From assembly GCA_035513155.1 (NCBI GenBank), contig DATKCO010000034.1, positions 2,178 to 66,177 of the forward strand: DNA of 64,000 nt, written 5' to 3'. The notes under the pieces were generated by a model, which saw only the letters and a program-made list of their open reading frames with translations, was not told the DNA's origin and did no database searches. This DNA comes from Gemmatimonadota bacterium (lineage in GTDB: Bacteria; Gemmatimonadota; Gemmatimonadetes; JACCXV01; JAHWKZ01). Every line of letters begins with the position of its first letter. Position 1 is the first letter of the stretch. Positions 9,290 to 17,810 of this stretch are shown here, in pieces. Made by a program: the position numbers and the translations under genes.

Positions 9290-10626
9290 AGCCGGGAAGC
9301 CGCCGCGTCGTCGTCCTCGGAGGCGGCCTGGCGGGGATGGCGGCGGCGCTCGATCTCGCCGCGGCCGGCTGCGAGGTCCTCCTCTGCGAGCGGCGGCCCT
9401 TCCTCGGGGGCCGCGCGTTCTCGTTCCGCGATCCGGAGTCGGGCGCGGTGATCGACAACGGCCAGCACGTCCTCCTCGGCGCGTGCGATCGCCTGCGGGC
9501 GTTCCTCGCCGCGATCGGCTCCCCGCCGGATGCGTTCGTCCGCCAGCGATCGCTGGCCGTTCCGATCCTCGACGGTACGGGCCGTCGCGCGACCCTCTCC
9601 GCCGTTCCCGCTCCGCCTCCCCTTCACCTGGCTCCCGCCCTTCTCCGCTATCGCCATCTCTCCTTCTCCGACCGCCTGCGGGTGGCCAGGGACGCGCGCG
9701 CCCTCGTCCGCCATCCGGACCGGAGGGCGCTCGAGGACATCCCGCTGGGCGAGTGGCTCGCCCGCCGGGGCGCCTCTCCCACACAGGTCGAGCGGTTCTG
9801 GGAGCCGCTCGTGACTCCGGCCCTCAACGTCGCGATCGCCGAGGCCAACCTCCCGCTCGCCGCGTTCTTCCTCGAGCGCGCGCTCTGGGGTGGAGCGCGG
9901 GGCGGGGCGCTCTGGCTGCCGCGGGTCGGGCTCAGCGAGGCGCTGGGCGAGCCGGGCCTGCGCGCGCTCGAGGCGGCCGGGGTCGAGGTCCGGCTCGCCG
10001 CGCGCGTGGCCGCGATCGAGACCGACGCCGGCCGCGCGGTCGGCGCGCGGCTGGCCGGCGGCGAGGCGCTCGCCGCCGACGCGGTCGTGAGCGCGCTGCC
10101 GCCCCGCGAGCTCGACGCCGTGCTCCCGGGAGGGCCGGGCTACGCCGCGATCGGAGAGGCACCCATCGTCAACGCGTATCTCTGGTACGACCGGCCGGTC
10201 ACCGAGCACCCGTTCGCCGGCACGTTCGGCTCGCAGCTCCAGTGGGTGTTCGACCGCGAGCGGCTCCTCGGCGCGGACCGCTCTGGCGGGCCCTGCCTGG
10301 GAATCTCCCTGAGCGCCGCCGCGGCGTGGGTCGAGCGCCCGAAGGAGGAGATCGCCGCCGATCTGGACGCCGCGGTCGGGCGTGTCTTCCCGCTCCGGCG
10401 TGGGGCGCGGCTCGAGGCTTCGGCCGTCGTCAAGGAGCCGCGCGCCACCTTCCGCGCCGCGGCCGGGAGCGCCCGTCTGCGACCCGGGCCCGAAGGCCCG
10501 CTGCCGGGGCTCTGGCTCGCCGGCGACTGGACCGATACGGGGTGGCCCGCGACGATGGAGGGCGCGGTCCGGAGCGGCGAGCGCGCGGCCACGGCGGCGC
10601 TGGCCGCGCTCGGGGGCCCCCGGTGA
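9286..10626 (+). CDS. hpnE: Hydroxysqualene dehydroxylase HpnE (FAD-dependent amine-oxidase family)
   Basis: This is the internal part of ORF 8260..10626. It has the dinucleotide fold VVVLGGGLAGMAAALDLAAAG and the C-terminal LAGDWTDTGWPATMEGAVRSG. The GTG start forms a GTGA overlap with the hpnD stop. The gene order C-D-E is canonical. Confidence 0.8.
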   Translation: MKPGSRRVVVLGGGLAGMAAALDLAAAGCEVLLCERRPFLGGRAFSFRDPESGAVIDNGQHVLLGACDRLRAFLAAIGSPPDAFVRQRSLAVPILDGTGRRATLSAVPAPPPLHLAPALLRYRHLSFSDRLRVARDARALVRHPDRRALEDIPLGEWLARRGASPTQVERFWEPLVTPALNVAIAEANLPLAAFFLERALWGGARGGALWLPRVGLSEALGEPGLRALEAAGVEVRLAARVAAIETDAGRAVGARLAGGEALAADAVVSALPPRELDAVLPGGPGYAAIGEAPIVNAYLWYDRPVTEHPFAGTFGSQLQWVFDRERLLGADRSGGPCLGISLSAAAAWVERPKEEIAADLDAAVGRVFPLRRGARLEASAVVKEPRATFRAAAGSARLRPGPEGPLPGLWLAGDWTDTGWPATMEGAVRSGERAATAALAALGGPR

Positions 10627-10952
10627 GCGGGGAATGCTCCGTCCGCTTCCTCCCGTCGGGGCGCGAGGTCTCCGTCCCCGCCGGCACGTACCTCACCACG
10701 GCCGCCGTCCGGGCGGGGGTGGAGATCATCCACGACTGCGACGGCCAGGGGGTGTGCTCGACGTGCCGGGTACAGGTCGTCGAAGGGAGCCACGCGGTGG
10801 GGCCGCCGGACGCACGCGAGCGGCTCCAGCTCGGCGCGGCGATCGCGTCGGGATGGCGCCTGTGCTGTCTCGTCGTCGTAGGTGGCGACTGCGTGGTCCG
10901 GGTCCCCGCGGGCGACTTCCCCTACCCCCCGGAGCTTCAGCGCGGCGATTGA
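10623..10952 (+). CDS. 2Fe-2S ferredoxin
   Basis: This is the internal part of ORF 9483..10952. The cysteine pattern is CDGQGVCSTC, with a later CC (WRLCCLV). The GTG start forms a GTGA overlap with the hpnE stop. Confidence 0.8.
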   Translation: MSGECSVRFLPSGREVSVPAGTYLTTAAVRAGVEIIHDCDGQGVCSTCRVQVVEGSHAVGPPDARERLQLGAAIASGWRLCCLVVVGGDCVVRVPAGDFPYPPELQRGD

Positions 10953-10959
10953 GCTGGGG

Positions 10960-11349
10960 TCAGCCCCCGTCCAGCAGCTCCCTGGCCCGCTCGGCGTCGC
11001 TCACCGACAGGATCAGCCGACCCCGATCCCCGGACACGGCCGAATACGCGTATTTGATGTCGATGCTGTTGTCGGCGAGGCGGTCGGCGAGGGCCGCCAG
11101 CGCGCCCGGCTCATCCTCCACCCTGAGGTCGAGGACGCGGCTCGTGTAGGTGCGGTATCCGCGCGCCTCGAGCGCCTGGAGCGCCTCCTCGTGGCGATCG
11201 ACGATGACGTGGACGATCCCGTAGTCGGTCCCGCTGGGGACCATGATCGCCTGGATGTTGATTCCTTCGTCGGCGAGCACCTCGCAGAGCGCGCCCAGGC
11301 GTCCCGGCCGGTTCTCGAGGAAGACCGAGATCTGCTGGGCGATCGCCAT
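10960..11349 (-). CDS. ACT-domain protein (two ACT-like repeats)
   Basis: This is the C-terminal 129 aa of ORF 10960..12192. It has two repeats of the ISVFLENRPGRLGALCEVLADEGINI / LDLRVEDEPGALAALADRLADNSIDI type. The upstream part of the ORF is R/G-rich nonsense antisense to lemA. Confidence 0.75.
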   Translation of the reverse strand: MAIAQQISVFLENRPGRLGALCEVLADEGINIQAIMVPSGTDYGIVHVIVDRHEEALQALEARGYRTYTSRVLDLRVEDEPGALAALADRLADNSIDIKYAYSAVSGDRGRLILSVSDAERARELLDGG

Positions 11350-11411
11350 GTCGGTCAATATATCCGCGGGTTTTCCCCTCGCCATCGATCCAGCGGGCTC
11401 GCTCGCGCTCG

Positions 11412-11440
11412 TTGACTTGCGATACCGCCCGGCGTAGCGT
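11412..11440 (+). promoter_or_regulatory. Sigma-70-like promoter for lemA-htpX (TTGACT-N17-TAGCGT)
   Basis: Hexamers and spacing were read from the sequence. It lies 36 nt upstream of GTG 11476, which has a caggagg RBS. Confidence 0.4.
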
Positions 11441-11475
11441 CGTGTGTCTCCCCATCCCCTCGACAGGAGGTCCGC

Positions 11476-12051
11476 GTGCTCGGTCTCGGAATCGGCGTCG
11501 TCCTGCTGGCGTTTCTCGGCCTGCTCGTGCTGCTGGTGGGCTGGGGGATCCTGACCTACAACGCCCTCGTCACGCTCCGCAACCAGCTGCAGAACGCCTG
11601 GGCCCAGATCGACGTCCAGCTCAAGCGCCGGTACGACCTGATCCCGAACCTGGTCGAGATGGTCAAGGACTACATGCAGTATGAGCAGGAGGTGCTGACC
11701 CAGGTCACGCAGGCCCGCGCCGCCGCCGTCTCCGCGCAGGGCCCGGCGGAGCAGGGTCGGGCCGAGAACGTTCTGACCGGGGCCCTGCGGCAGCTGTTCG
11801 CCGTGGTCGAGAACTACCCCGAGCTCAAGGCGAACGAGAACGTGATGAAGCTCCAGGAGGAGCTGACCGGGACCGAGAACCGGATCGCGTTCGCGCGCCA
11901 GTTCTACAACGACATGGTGATGCGCTTCAACACCCGGCTGCAGACGTTCCCCACCAACATCATCGCCGGCATGCTGGGCTTCACGCCGCGGGAGTTCTTC
12001 GCCACCGACGACGACGCGGAACGGGAACCGGTCAAGGTCGACCTCCGCTAG
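11476..12051 (+). CDS. LemA family protein
   Basis: It has an N-terminal TM helix followed by YNALVTLRNQLQNAWAQIDVQLKRRYDLIPNLVEMVK and FARQFYNDMVMRFNTRLQTFPTNIIA, which are typical LemA motifs. Confidence 0.9.
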   Translation: MLGLGIGVVLLAFLGLLVLLVGWGILTYNALVTLRNQLQNAWAQIDVQLKRRYDLIPNLVEMVKDYMQYEQEVLTQVTQARAAAVSAQGPAEQGRAENVLTGALRQLFAVVENYPELKANENVMKLQEELTGTENRIAFARQFYNDMVMRFNTRLQTFPTNIIAGMLGFTPREFFATDDDAEREPVKVDLR

Positions 12052-12080
12052 TCGCTCGCGGCGGGCGTCCACCGGCACCC

Positions 12081-13004
12081 ATGCAGACCCGCGGCCTCTA
12101 CGGCGAGATCGCGGCCAACCGGCGTCGCTCGCTGCTGCTCGTCGTCGCGCTGATCGGCCTCCTGGGCGCCTTCGGCGCCGCTCTCGGCACACTGTATGGC
12201 GAGCCCTCCGCCGGCCTCGTCGTGGCGGTCGTCGTCGCGGTCGTGTTGCTCCTGACCACCTGGTACGGCGGGGCCTCGATGACGCTGGCCGCCAGCACCG
12301 CCCGGCCGGCCGATCCCGAGCGCGACCGGATGCTGGTCAACGTGGTCCACGAGATGGCGATCGCGTCGGGATTGCCGGTTCCCGCCGTCTACGTGATCGA
12401 GGACTCCGCCCCCAACGCGTTCGCCACCGGTCGCGACCCGGAGCACGCGGCCATCGCCGTCACGACCGGCCTCTACCAGAAGCTCGACCGCGACGAGCTC
12501 CAGGGGGTCATCGCCCACGAGCTGGCCCACGTCCGCAACTACGACATCCGCTACACCACGCTGGTCGCCGTGACCGTGGGCGCGATCGCGCTGCTCGCGG
12601 ACTTCGCCCTCCGGCACCTCTGGTGGGGCGGCGGACCCCGCCGGTCCCGGAACCGGGACGTGGGGGGGCCCCTGATCCTGGTGGCGGTCCTGATCGCGGT
12701 GCTGGCACCGATCTCGGCCCGCCTCCTCCAGGCCGCCGTCTCGCGGGGCCGCGAGACCCTCGCCGATCTGGGCGGGGCGGAGATGACCCGCTACCCCGAG
12801 GCGCTCGCCCGGGCGCTACTGAAGATCGAGGCGGACCCGGAGGTCCTCGAGGCCGCGAACCGGGCCACCGCCCCGCTCTACATCGTGAACCCGATCAAGG
12901 CCTTCGAGAAGCGCGCCGCCGGACTCCTGCGGACCCACCCCCCGACCGAGGAGCGCGTGCGCCTCCTGCGGGGCCTGGGCTCCCCTTCCTCGGGCGGGGC
13001 CTGA
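12081..13004 (+). CDS. htpX: M48 zinc metalloprotease, HtpX homologue
   Basis: It has the HELAHVRNYD zinc motif, TM helices and C-terminal THPPTEERV. LemA-M48 pairing is a common arrangement. Confidence 0.9.
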   Translation: MQTRGLYGEIAANRRRSLLLVVALIGLLGAFGAALGTLYGEPSAGLVVAVVVAVVLLLTTWYGGASMTLAASTARPADPERDRMLVNVVHEMAIASGLPVPAVYVIEDSAPNAFATGRDPEHAAIAVTTGLYQKLDRDELQGVIAHELAHVRNYDIRYTTLVAVTVGAIALLADFALRHLWWGGGPRRSRNRDVGGPLILVAVLIAVLAPISARLLQAAVSRGRETLADLGGAEMTRYPEALARALLKIEADPEVLEAANRATAPLYIVNPIKAFEKRAAGLLRTHPPTEERVRLLRGLGSPSSGGA

Positions 13005-13101
13005 GCCCCATTGCGGCCCGCGGCGGCCGGATGCGCTATCTTTAAGGATTGGCACCGAGATTCGACCCCCTTTCCACACGCTCACGCAACGGAGGATCCG
13101 A

Positions 13102-13659
13102 ATGAGTTCGATTCGTACTGCGACCCCGCTCGTCCTGGCGATCGGCCTGGCCCTGTCCGCCTGCCAGCAGCCCGCCGTCGAGACCGGCGAGATGGAGGAG
13201 ACACCGTCCGACACCGTCGCGACCGTCTCCGCCGAGGAACAGCTCGACGTGCTCCGCACCGACTACGAGCAGGCCTGGAACGCGCGCGACATGGACGCGA
13301 TCGTCGCCATGCTGACGCCCGAGTATCACGAGATCGGCGCCGAAGGATCGTACGGCCACGCCGAAGTGGCGGCGATGATGCAGGACAGCGCGAACCTGCC
13401 GCCCGAGGGCGCCACGATGTCGATCGAGACGAAGTCCCTGGAGGTCTCCGAGTCCGGTGACGTCGCCTACGGGACCGGGACGACGACGATCACGTTCCCG
13501 GGCGCGGACGGCGAGGAGACGGCCCAGAGCACGGACTGGATCGCGGGCTTCAAGAAGGTCGGCGACGAGTGGAAGCTCGATCGCCTGGCGACCGTCCCGA
13601 CGGCCGCGGAGTCCGGCATGCAGGCTCCGGCCGGGGAGAACGCGACCGAAACGATGTAA
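13102..13659 (+). CDS. Lipoprotein with an NTF2-like (SnoaL/DUF4440-type) domain
   Basis: It has the lipobox LALSAC. LDVLRTDYEQAWNARDMDAIVAMLTPEY and WIAGFKKVGDEWKL resemble DUF4440/SnoaL-like proteins. Confidence 0.65.
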   Translation: MSSIRTATPLVLAIGLALSACQQPAVETGEMEETPSDTVATVSAEEQLDVLRTDYEQAWNARDMDAIVAMLTPEYHEIGAEGSYGHAEVAAMMQDSANLPPEGATMSIETKSLEVSESGDVAYGTGTTTITFPGADGEETAQSTDWIAGFKKVGDEWKLDRLATVPTAAESGMQAPAGENATETM

Positions 13660-13688
13660 CATCGGTCGCGGCCGCAAGGAGGAACTAC

Positions 13689-13717
13689 GAAGGCCCCGCG
13701 GGATCCGCGGGGCCTTC
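13689..13717. terminator. Hairpin with a 13-bp stem between convergent genes (GAAGGCCCCGCGG-gat-CCGCGGGGCCTTC)
   Basis: The stem is a perfect complement read from the sequence. There is no strong U-tract on either side, so intrinsic termination is plausible but not certain. Confidence 0.5.
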
Positions 13718-13750
13718 GTTCATGGGACGCACGAGCCGAGGGGGCCCCCG

Positions 13751-14167
13751 CTACTCCGCCCCGTGCCCCTCCCCCGTCGGCTCCGCCAGGATCGCCTCGA
13801 TGCTCCCCAACGCGAACAGCCGATCCGCGCCGCGCAGCTCGCAGAACGCCTCGAGATACTCCTGCCCGTCGTAGAAGTGGATGTTGAACGGCCGGACGAC
13901 CCGCTCGGTCGTGTCGCCGCTCGATCTCGACGTGTAGCGGATGCGAAGCCGGCCCGCGCTCTCCACGGCCTCCCGGACCCGCGCCGCGATCGCCGGGTCG
14001 GCTCGGCCGCCGGCGTCGAGCAGCTCCGAGTAGCGCGCGAAGGACGGACCTCCTCCCGCCTTGAGCTTGGCGGCCAGCGAGGCCAGCATGGGATCAGCCG
14101 GTGCCTCCCGCCGGGCTTCCTCCACCAGCCCGCGCAGTCGCTCCCGCTCCTGTTCGGTCAGCTCCAT
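13751..14167 (-). CDS. Small WYL-domain protein (no recognisable HTH)
   Basis: RLRIRYTSRSSGDTTERVVRPFNIHFYDGQEYLEAFCELRGADRLFALGSIEAI follows the WYL-domain pattern, with EYL in place of WYL. Confidence 0.6.
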   Translation of the reverse strand: MELTEQERERLRGLVEEARREAPADPMLASLAAKLKAGGGPSFARYSELLDAGGRADPAIAARVREAVESAGRLRIRYTSRSSGDTTERVVRPFNIHFYDGQEYLEAFCELRGADRLFALGSIEAILAEPTGEGHGAE

Positions 14168-14212
14168 GCCGGGAATCTACGGTCGCTCCATGAGGGGCAC
14201 CAACGACTCGCT

Positions 14213-14241
14213 TTGCTCCCGACTTTGGACCCGCGTATATT
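14213..14241 (+). promoter_or_regulatory. Sigma-70-like promoter for the cold-shock gene (TTGCTC-N17-TATATT)
   Basis: Hexamers and spacing were read from the sequence. It predicts an AT-rich 5' UTR of about 115 nt, as is common for csp genes. Confidence 0.45.
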
Positions 14242-14361
14242 CGCCCCGCTCGCGAGGGCCCTGAGGCGCGAGCGTGTGAAGGGTTGTAAGTCAGTGCCCT
14301 GATAGTCAATTACAGTTGTCACTTCAGTTGTTTTCTCGTCCGTTCGTGGGAGGATTTCCCG

Positions 14362-14634
14362 ATGGGATCGAATGGCAGTTTCTCGTTCGGCCGCATGCTC
14401 AAGAACCTGTTCGGAAAGGCCGAGTCGGTGTCGGAGCGCGGATCCGTGAAGTGGTTCGACGCGCAGAAGGGTTTCGGGTTCATCGAGCGACCGGACGGTA
14501 GCGACATCTTCGTCCACTACAGCGACATCATCGGCAGTGGCTTCCGCACGCTGACCGAGGGGCAGGCGGTCAAGTTCGAGGTCTCGCAGAGCGCCAAGGG
14601 TCCCCAGGCCGTGAAGGTCGAGCGGCTGGAGTAG
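14362..14634 (+). CDS. Cold-shock protein (CspA family) with a 24-aa N-terminal extension
   Basis: It has the motifs [15 protein letters not shown] (RNP1) and DIFVHYS (RNP2). A strong RBS gggagga lies 7 nt before ATG 14362. Confidence 0.9.
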   Translation: MGSNGSFSFGRMLKNLFGKAESVSERGSVKWFDAQKGFGFIERPDGSDIFVHYSDIIGSGFRTLTEGQAVKFEVSQSAKGPQAVKVERLE

Positions 14635-14662
14635 CCCCCGCCCCGCTCCCGCTCCCTCTCGA

Positions 14663-14697
14663 GGGGCCGGTCGCGACTCGACCGGCCCCCTTTTTTT
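14663..14697 (+). terminator. Rho-independent terminator (11-bp perfect stem plus T7)
   Basis: GGGGCCGGTCG-cgact-CGACCGGCCCC is followed by cTTTTTTT. It lies between the csp gene and the convergent luxC-like gene, whose stop codon uses the last T. Confidence 0.85.
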
Positions 14698-15992
14698 CAC
14701 GCCTCCCAATCCACCCAGCGGACCAGGTCGACGAGCCCGGGCCGCCCGTCCCGGCGCCAGTCGGCCGGAGGCCGTTGAAGCCGCCCGAGCGGCGCCACGC
14801 GCTCAACGCCCGCGAGGGCGAGCGCCGCGGCCAGCGGCTCGACCCGCGCCGGCGGGCCGGCCACGCCCACCGCCGCTACCAGACCCCGGCGCCGCTCGCA
14901 GAGATCCGCCGCGTCCTCGGCCCGCTCGACCGGCGCGAGGATCAGGATCCGCGGGGCCGGCGGGGGCTCCGGGGCTCCGGCCCGGACCCGCCACTGGACC
15001 GACCACCCGGCGGCGGCATCCCCCACCGTGAGGCCCGCCGCCCCCGCCGCCCGCTCGACCCCCGCCAGGGCGAACCACTCGGCCCAGGCGGCACGCTCGC
15101 GCGCCGCGCTCTCCCGTCGCGGCGCCGCCGGCCAGCGGTCCTCGCATGCCGCCAGGACCGCCTCGGCCAACTCCTCGCCCCCGGCTCCCTCGATCCAGGC
15201 GACGACCGGGGACAGGCACCCCGCCTGGCCGGCGAACGCCACGTCGTCGGCGAGGGCGGCGACGACGCCCCCCCGGTCCTCCGCCAGCGCCTCCCGCGTC
15301 ACGACCGCCGCCGACAGCCGCGGCCCGTGAGCCACGAGCCTTGCCGCCTCGGGCACGCGGGTCCGGAGCGCGGCGAGGGTCTCGCCCCGTCCCGTCGCCA
15401 CGACGAGGTCGGCGGCCCCGAGGGCGGCGGCCGCCGCGGGAGAGTCGACCGGCCACGTCGCCACCTCGATCGCCGCGCCCAGTCCGGGATCGACCTCCCG
15501 CAGCGTGGCCGCGAAGCGCGCCGCGAGGTCGTCGGCGCCGGTGGCGGGCTTGAGCCAGACCGGCGACTTCACGGTCAGGAGGTCGATCATGTCGCCGACC
15601 GGCGTCGTTGGCACCCCGCGCGACGCGAGCGCCACCGCCAGCCGTGGGCCGACCGCCCGGCGACGCGCGCCCCCCAGCTCCACGAATCCGTCGAGTGCGC
15701 GCGCGTCTCCGAGCTCGCCGTCCACGCGGGCGAGGAGCGTCTCCGCCGTCCACGCGGCGAACCCGGCGTCGAGGACCTCGGCGATCGCTCGCTCCGGGAC
15801 GCCGTGATGGACGGCCAGCGCTTCCTCCCCCTCGCGCCGGGCGGAATCGGCGGGGTCGCGCCATCGGGCGGCGACCGTTTCCAGCGCCGCCGCGATCTCC
15901 CGCACCGGCCGCTCCCGCAACGCCTCCCCGGCGCGCGCCAGCTCGGCGCACCGGGCGCGCGCCGGGCCGGACTCGTGCGGCTCGGGGCTCAC
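14697..15992 (-). CDS. LuxC-family acyl-CoA reductase (aldehyde-forming)
   Basis: This is the C-terminal 431 aa of ORF 14697..16220. It has an aldehyde-dehydrogenase-like catalytic segment AFAGQAGCLSP and overall LuxC-like architecture. The GTG start forms a GTGA overlap with the upstream stop. Confidence 0.8.
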   Translation of the reverse strand: MSPEPHESGPARARCAELARAGEALRERPVREIAAALETVAARWRDPADSARREGEEALAVHHGVPERAIAEVLDAGFAAWTAETLLARVDGELGDARALDGFVELGGARRRAVGPRLAVALASRGVPTTPVGDMIDLLTVKSPVWLKPATGADDLAARFAATLREVDPGLGAAIEVATWPVDSPAAAAALGAADLVVATGRGETLAALRTRVPEAARLVAHGPRLSAAVVTREALAEDRGGVVAALADDVAFAGQAGCLSPVVAWIEGAGGEELAEAVLAACEDRWPAAPRRESAARERAAWAEWFALAGVERAAGAAGLTVGDAAAGWSVQWRVRAGAPEPPPAPRILILAPVERAEDAADLCERRRGLVAAVGVAGPPARVEPLAAALALAGVERVAPLGRLQRPPADWRRDGRPGLVDLVRWVDWEA

Positions 15993-17131
15993 TCCCCCGC
16001 CAGCCAGAGGTCGGCCGCCAGCGAGCATCCCCGCGCCTCCGCTCCCGGCTCCCGGCCGCGCAGCTCGAACTCCGCCGGGCCGAGCCGCGCACCGAGGTCG
16101 CTGGTCTGGAGCGCGACCGCGCTCCCGCGGTTCGCCAGGTCGTAATGGACCACCGCGCCGACCTCTCCGTCCGCCAGCTCGCGGCCCGTCTCGGGCTCGA
16201 CGATCCGTACGCGAGCCCACGGCGGGACGACGAGGCCGCTCCCCGGGCTCGCGTCCACACCCAGCGCGCGCCGGCCCCGGGGGTCGTAGTACTGGGTGGA
16301 GAGCTCGGTCATGCCGTACTCCGCGACCTGGAGCGCCGGGCCGATCCCCAGGGTCCGCTCGATCGCCGCCGCGAGGCCACCCGGGTCCGCGTCCCCCCGG
16401 ACGCCCTTGAACCCTCCCGTCACCATCGCCCGGCTACCGGCCGCCAGCGCCCACGACTCCGGCGCCAGCGAGGACACGACGTGGTGGAAAGCCAGCGCGG
16501 TGCCCGCCACGAGCACGGGCTCGCCGTCGGACCGCGCGCGGTCGAGCGCGGCGGCCAGGATCCCCGGGTCGAACCCGCCCGACCCCGGCCCGTCCGTCAG
16601 GAAGAACGCCGACCCCGGCGCTCCGAACGCCTCGCGGAACACGGCGAACATGTGGACGAGCGACGAATCCGGCGCATCCCCCGGCGCCGGGCTCAGGAAC
16701 AGGCAGCGGATCCGCTCGCGGTCCGGCAGCAGGAATCGCCGCCCCGACTGCAGCGCCGCCGCGTTGTAGAGCGCGAGCGAGTCGAACGCGTGGACGCCGC
16801 GCGTCGCCTGTGTCGTGCCGGAGGTGCGAAACGCGGCTCGCTCCTCGGCCTCGGGGAACGTCGTCCACCTCCCGACCTTGAAGGCCCCCGTCGGCACCGG
16901 GGGGATCATCGCCCACTCCGTGACGTCGGCGGGCGCTCCCACTCCCTGAAGGAGGCAGAACTGGCGGTACACGGGGTTGAAGCGATGCTGGTGGGCGAAG
17001 ACGTCGCGGGCGAGGCGATCGAACTCGGCCTCCGTCAAGGGGTCGCGCCAGCCGCGGCCGATGGCCTCCAGGATCTCGGGGTCGAGCCGGGTGACCTCGC
17101 GCTGACGGGCCGCGTCGAGACCGGACGTCAA
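15989..17131 (-). CDS. LuxE-family acyl-protein synthetase (adenylate-forming)
   Basis: ORF 15989..17311. It has VFAHQHRFNPVYRQFCLLQG and FRTSGTTQATRGVH (ANL-type P-loop). The likely TTG start at 17131 overlaps the queE stop (TTGA). An alternative GTG lies at 17152. Confidence 0.8.
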   Translation of the reverse strand: MTSGLDAARQREVTRLDPEILEAIGRGWRDPLTEAEFDRLARDVFAHQHRFNPVYRQFCLLQGVGAPADVTEWAMIPPVPTGAFKVGRWTTFPEAEERAAFRTSGTTQATRGVHAFDSLALYNAAALQSGRRFLLPDRERIRCLFLSPAPGDAPDSSLVHMFAVFREAFGAPGSAFFLTDGPGSGGFDPGILAAALDRARSDGEPVLVAGTALAFHHVVSSLAPESWALAAGSRAMVTGGFKGVRGDADPGGLAAAIERTLGIGPALQVAEYGMTELSTQYYDPRGRRALGVDASPGSGLVVPPWARVRIVEPETGRELADGEVGAVVHYDLANRGSAVALQTSDLGARLGPAEFELRGREPGAEARGCSLAADLWLAGE

Positions 17132-17769
17132 ACGCCGCGCGCGGTGGGTGACCAGATGTGCTTGTGAAGCTGGAGCTGGAGCCGCACGGGCAACCGGTCG
17201 GCGAGGATCCACGCGGCCATCGCGGCCGGGTCGAGCCCGCCCCACTCCGGCGAGAACAGCACCGCGTGCCGGTCCGCGAGGCCATGCTCGCCCACGACTC
17301 CCCGCGCCCACTCGTAGTCCGCACGGTCACAGATCACGAACTTGATCTCGTCCGCGGCATCCAGGTGCCGCAGGTTCTCCCACCGGTTCCGTCCCACCAT
17401 CCCGCTGCCCGGTGTCTTGAGATCCATGATGACCCGCACGCCCTCGGGGACGTCCTCCACCGGCCAGGCCCCGCTCGTCTCCAGCAGCACCTCGTGACCG
17501 GCGGCAAGCAGCCGCTCCAGGAGCGCGATCGTCTCCCGCTGGATGAGCGGCTCCCCGCCCGTCACCTCGACCAGGCGGCACCCGTGGCCCCCCACCTCCG
17601 CGACGATGTCGTCGAGGGAGCGCTCGCTCCCTTCGAAGAACGCGTATTCGGTGTCGCAGTAGCTGCACCGGAGGTCGCAGTAGGTGAGGCGGACGAAGAC
17701 GCAGGGACGGCCGGCGTGCGTGGACTCGCCCTGGATGGAGTGGAAGATCTCGTTGACTCGCAACGGCAT
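17128..17769 (-). CDS. queE: 7-carboxy-7-deazaguanine synthase QueE (radical SAM)
   Basis: It starts MPLRVNEIFHSIQGESTHAGRPCVFVRLTYCDLRCSYCDT (CX3CX2C) and contains VEVTGGEPL, which is the canonical QueE layout. Confidence 0.85.
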   Translation of the reverse strand: MPLRVNEIFHSIQGESTHAGRPCVFVRLTYCDLRCSYCDTEYAFFEGSERSLDDIVAEVGGHGCRLVEVTGGEPLIQRETIALLERLLAAGHEVLLETSGAWPVEDVPEGVRVIMDLKTPGSGMVGRNRWENLRHLDAADEIKFVICDRADYEWARGVVGEHGLADRHAVLFSPEWGGLDPAAMAAWILADRLPVRLQLQLHKHIWSPTARGV

Positions 17770-17810
17770 AGCCTGAAATCTACGCCGCCTCGCGGCCGCG
17801 ACCAAGCGCC

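Noticed and set aside
5916-9458. An 1180-aa minus-strand ORF. Similar giants lie at 44585..48295 (+), 47312..49207 (-), 38601..40211 (-), 8063..9784 (-) and 21687..23405 (-).
   Set aside because: All are antisense or out of frame relative to genes with clear catalytic motifs (NtrC regulator/hpnCD, valS, BatA-like, proS, hpnDE, DUF4139). All have low-complexity Arg/Pro/Gly composition, so they are artefacts.
11349-11364. A TATATT box 7 nt upstream of the ACT-domain ATG, suggesting a leaderless mRNA
   Set aside because: No convincing -35 element accompanies it, and a single AT-rich hexamer is weak evidence. I kept it as a note only.
13050-13064. TGGCACCGAGATTCG upstream of the NTF2-like lipoprotein gene, considered as a possible sigma-54 promoter
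   Set aside because: The -24 half is good, but the -12 position reads TTCG, so the invariant GC is missing.
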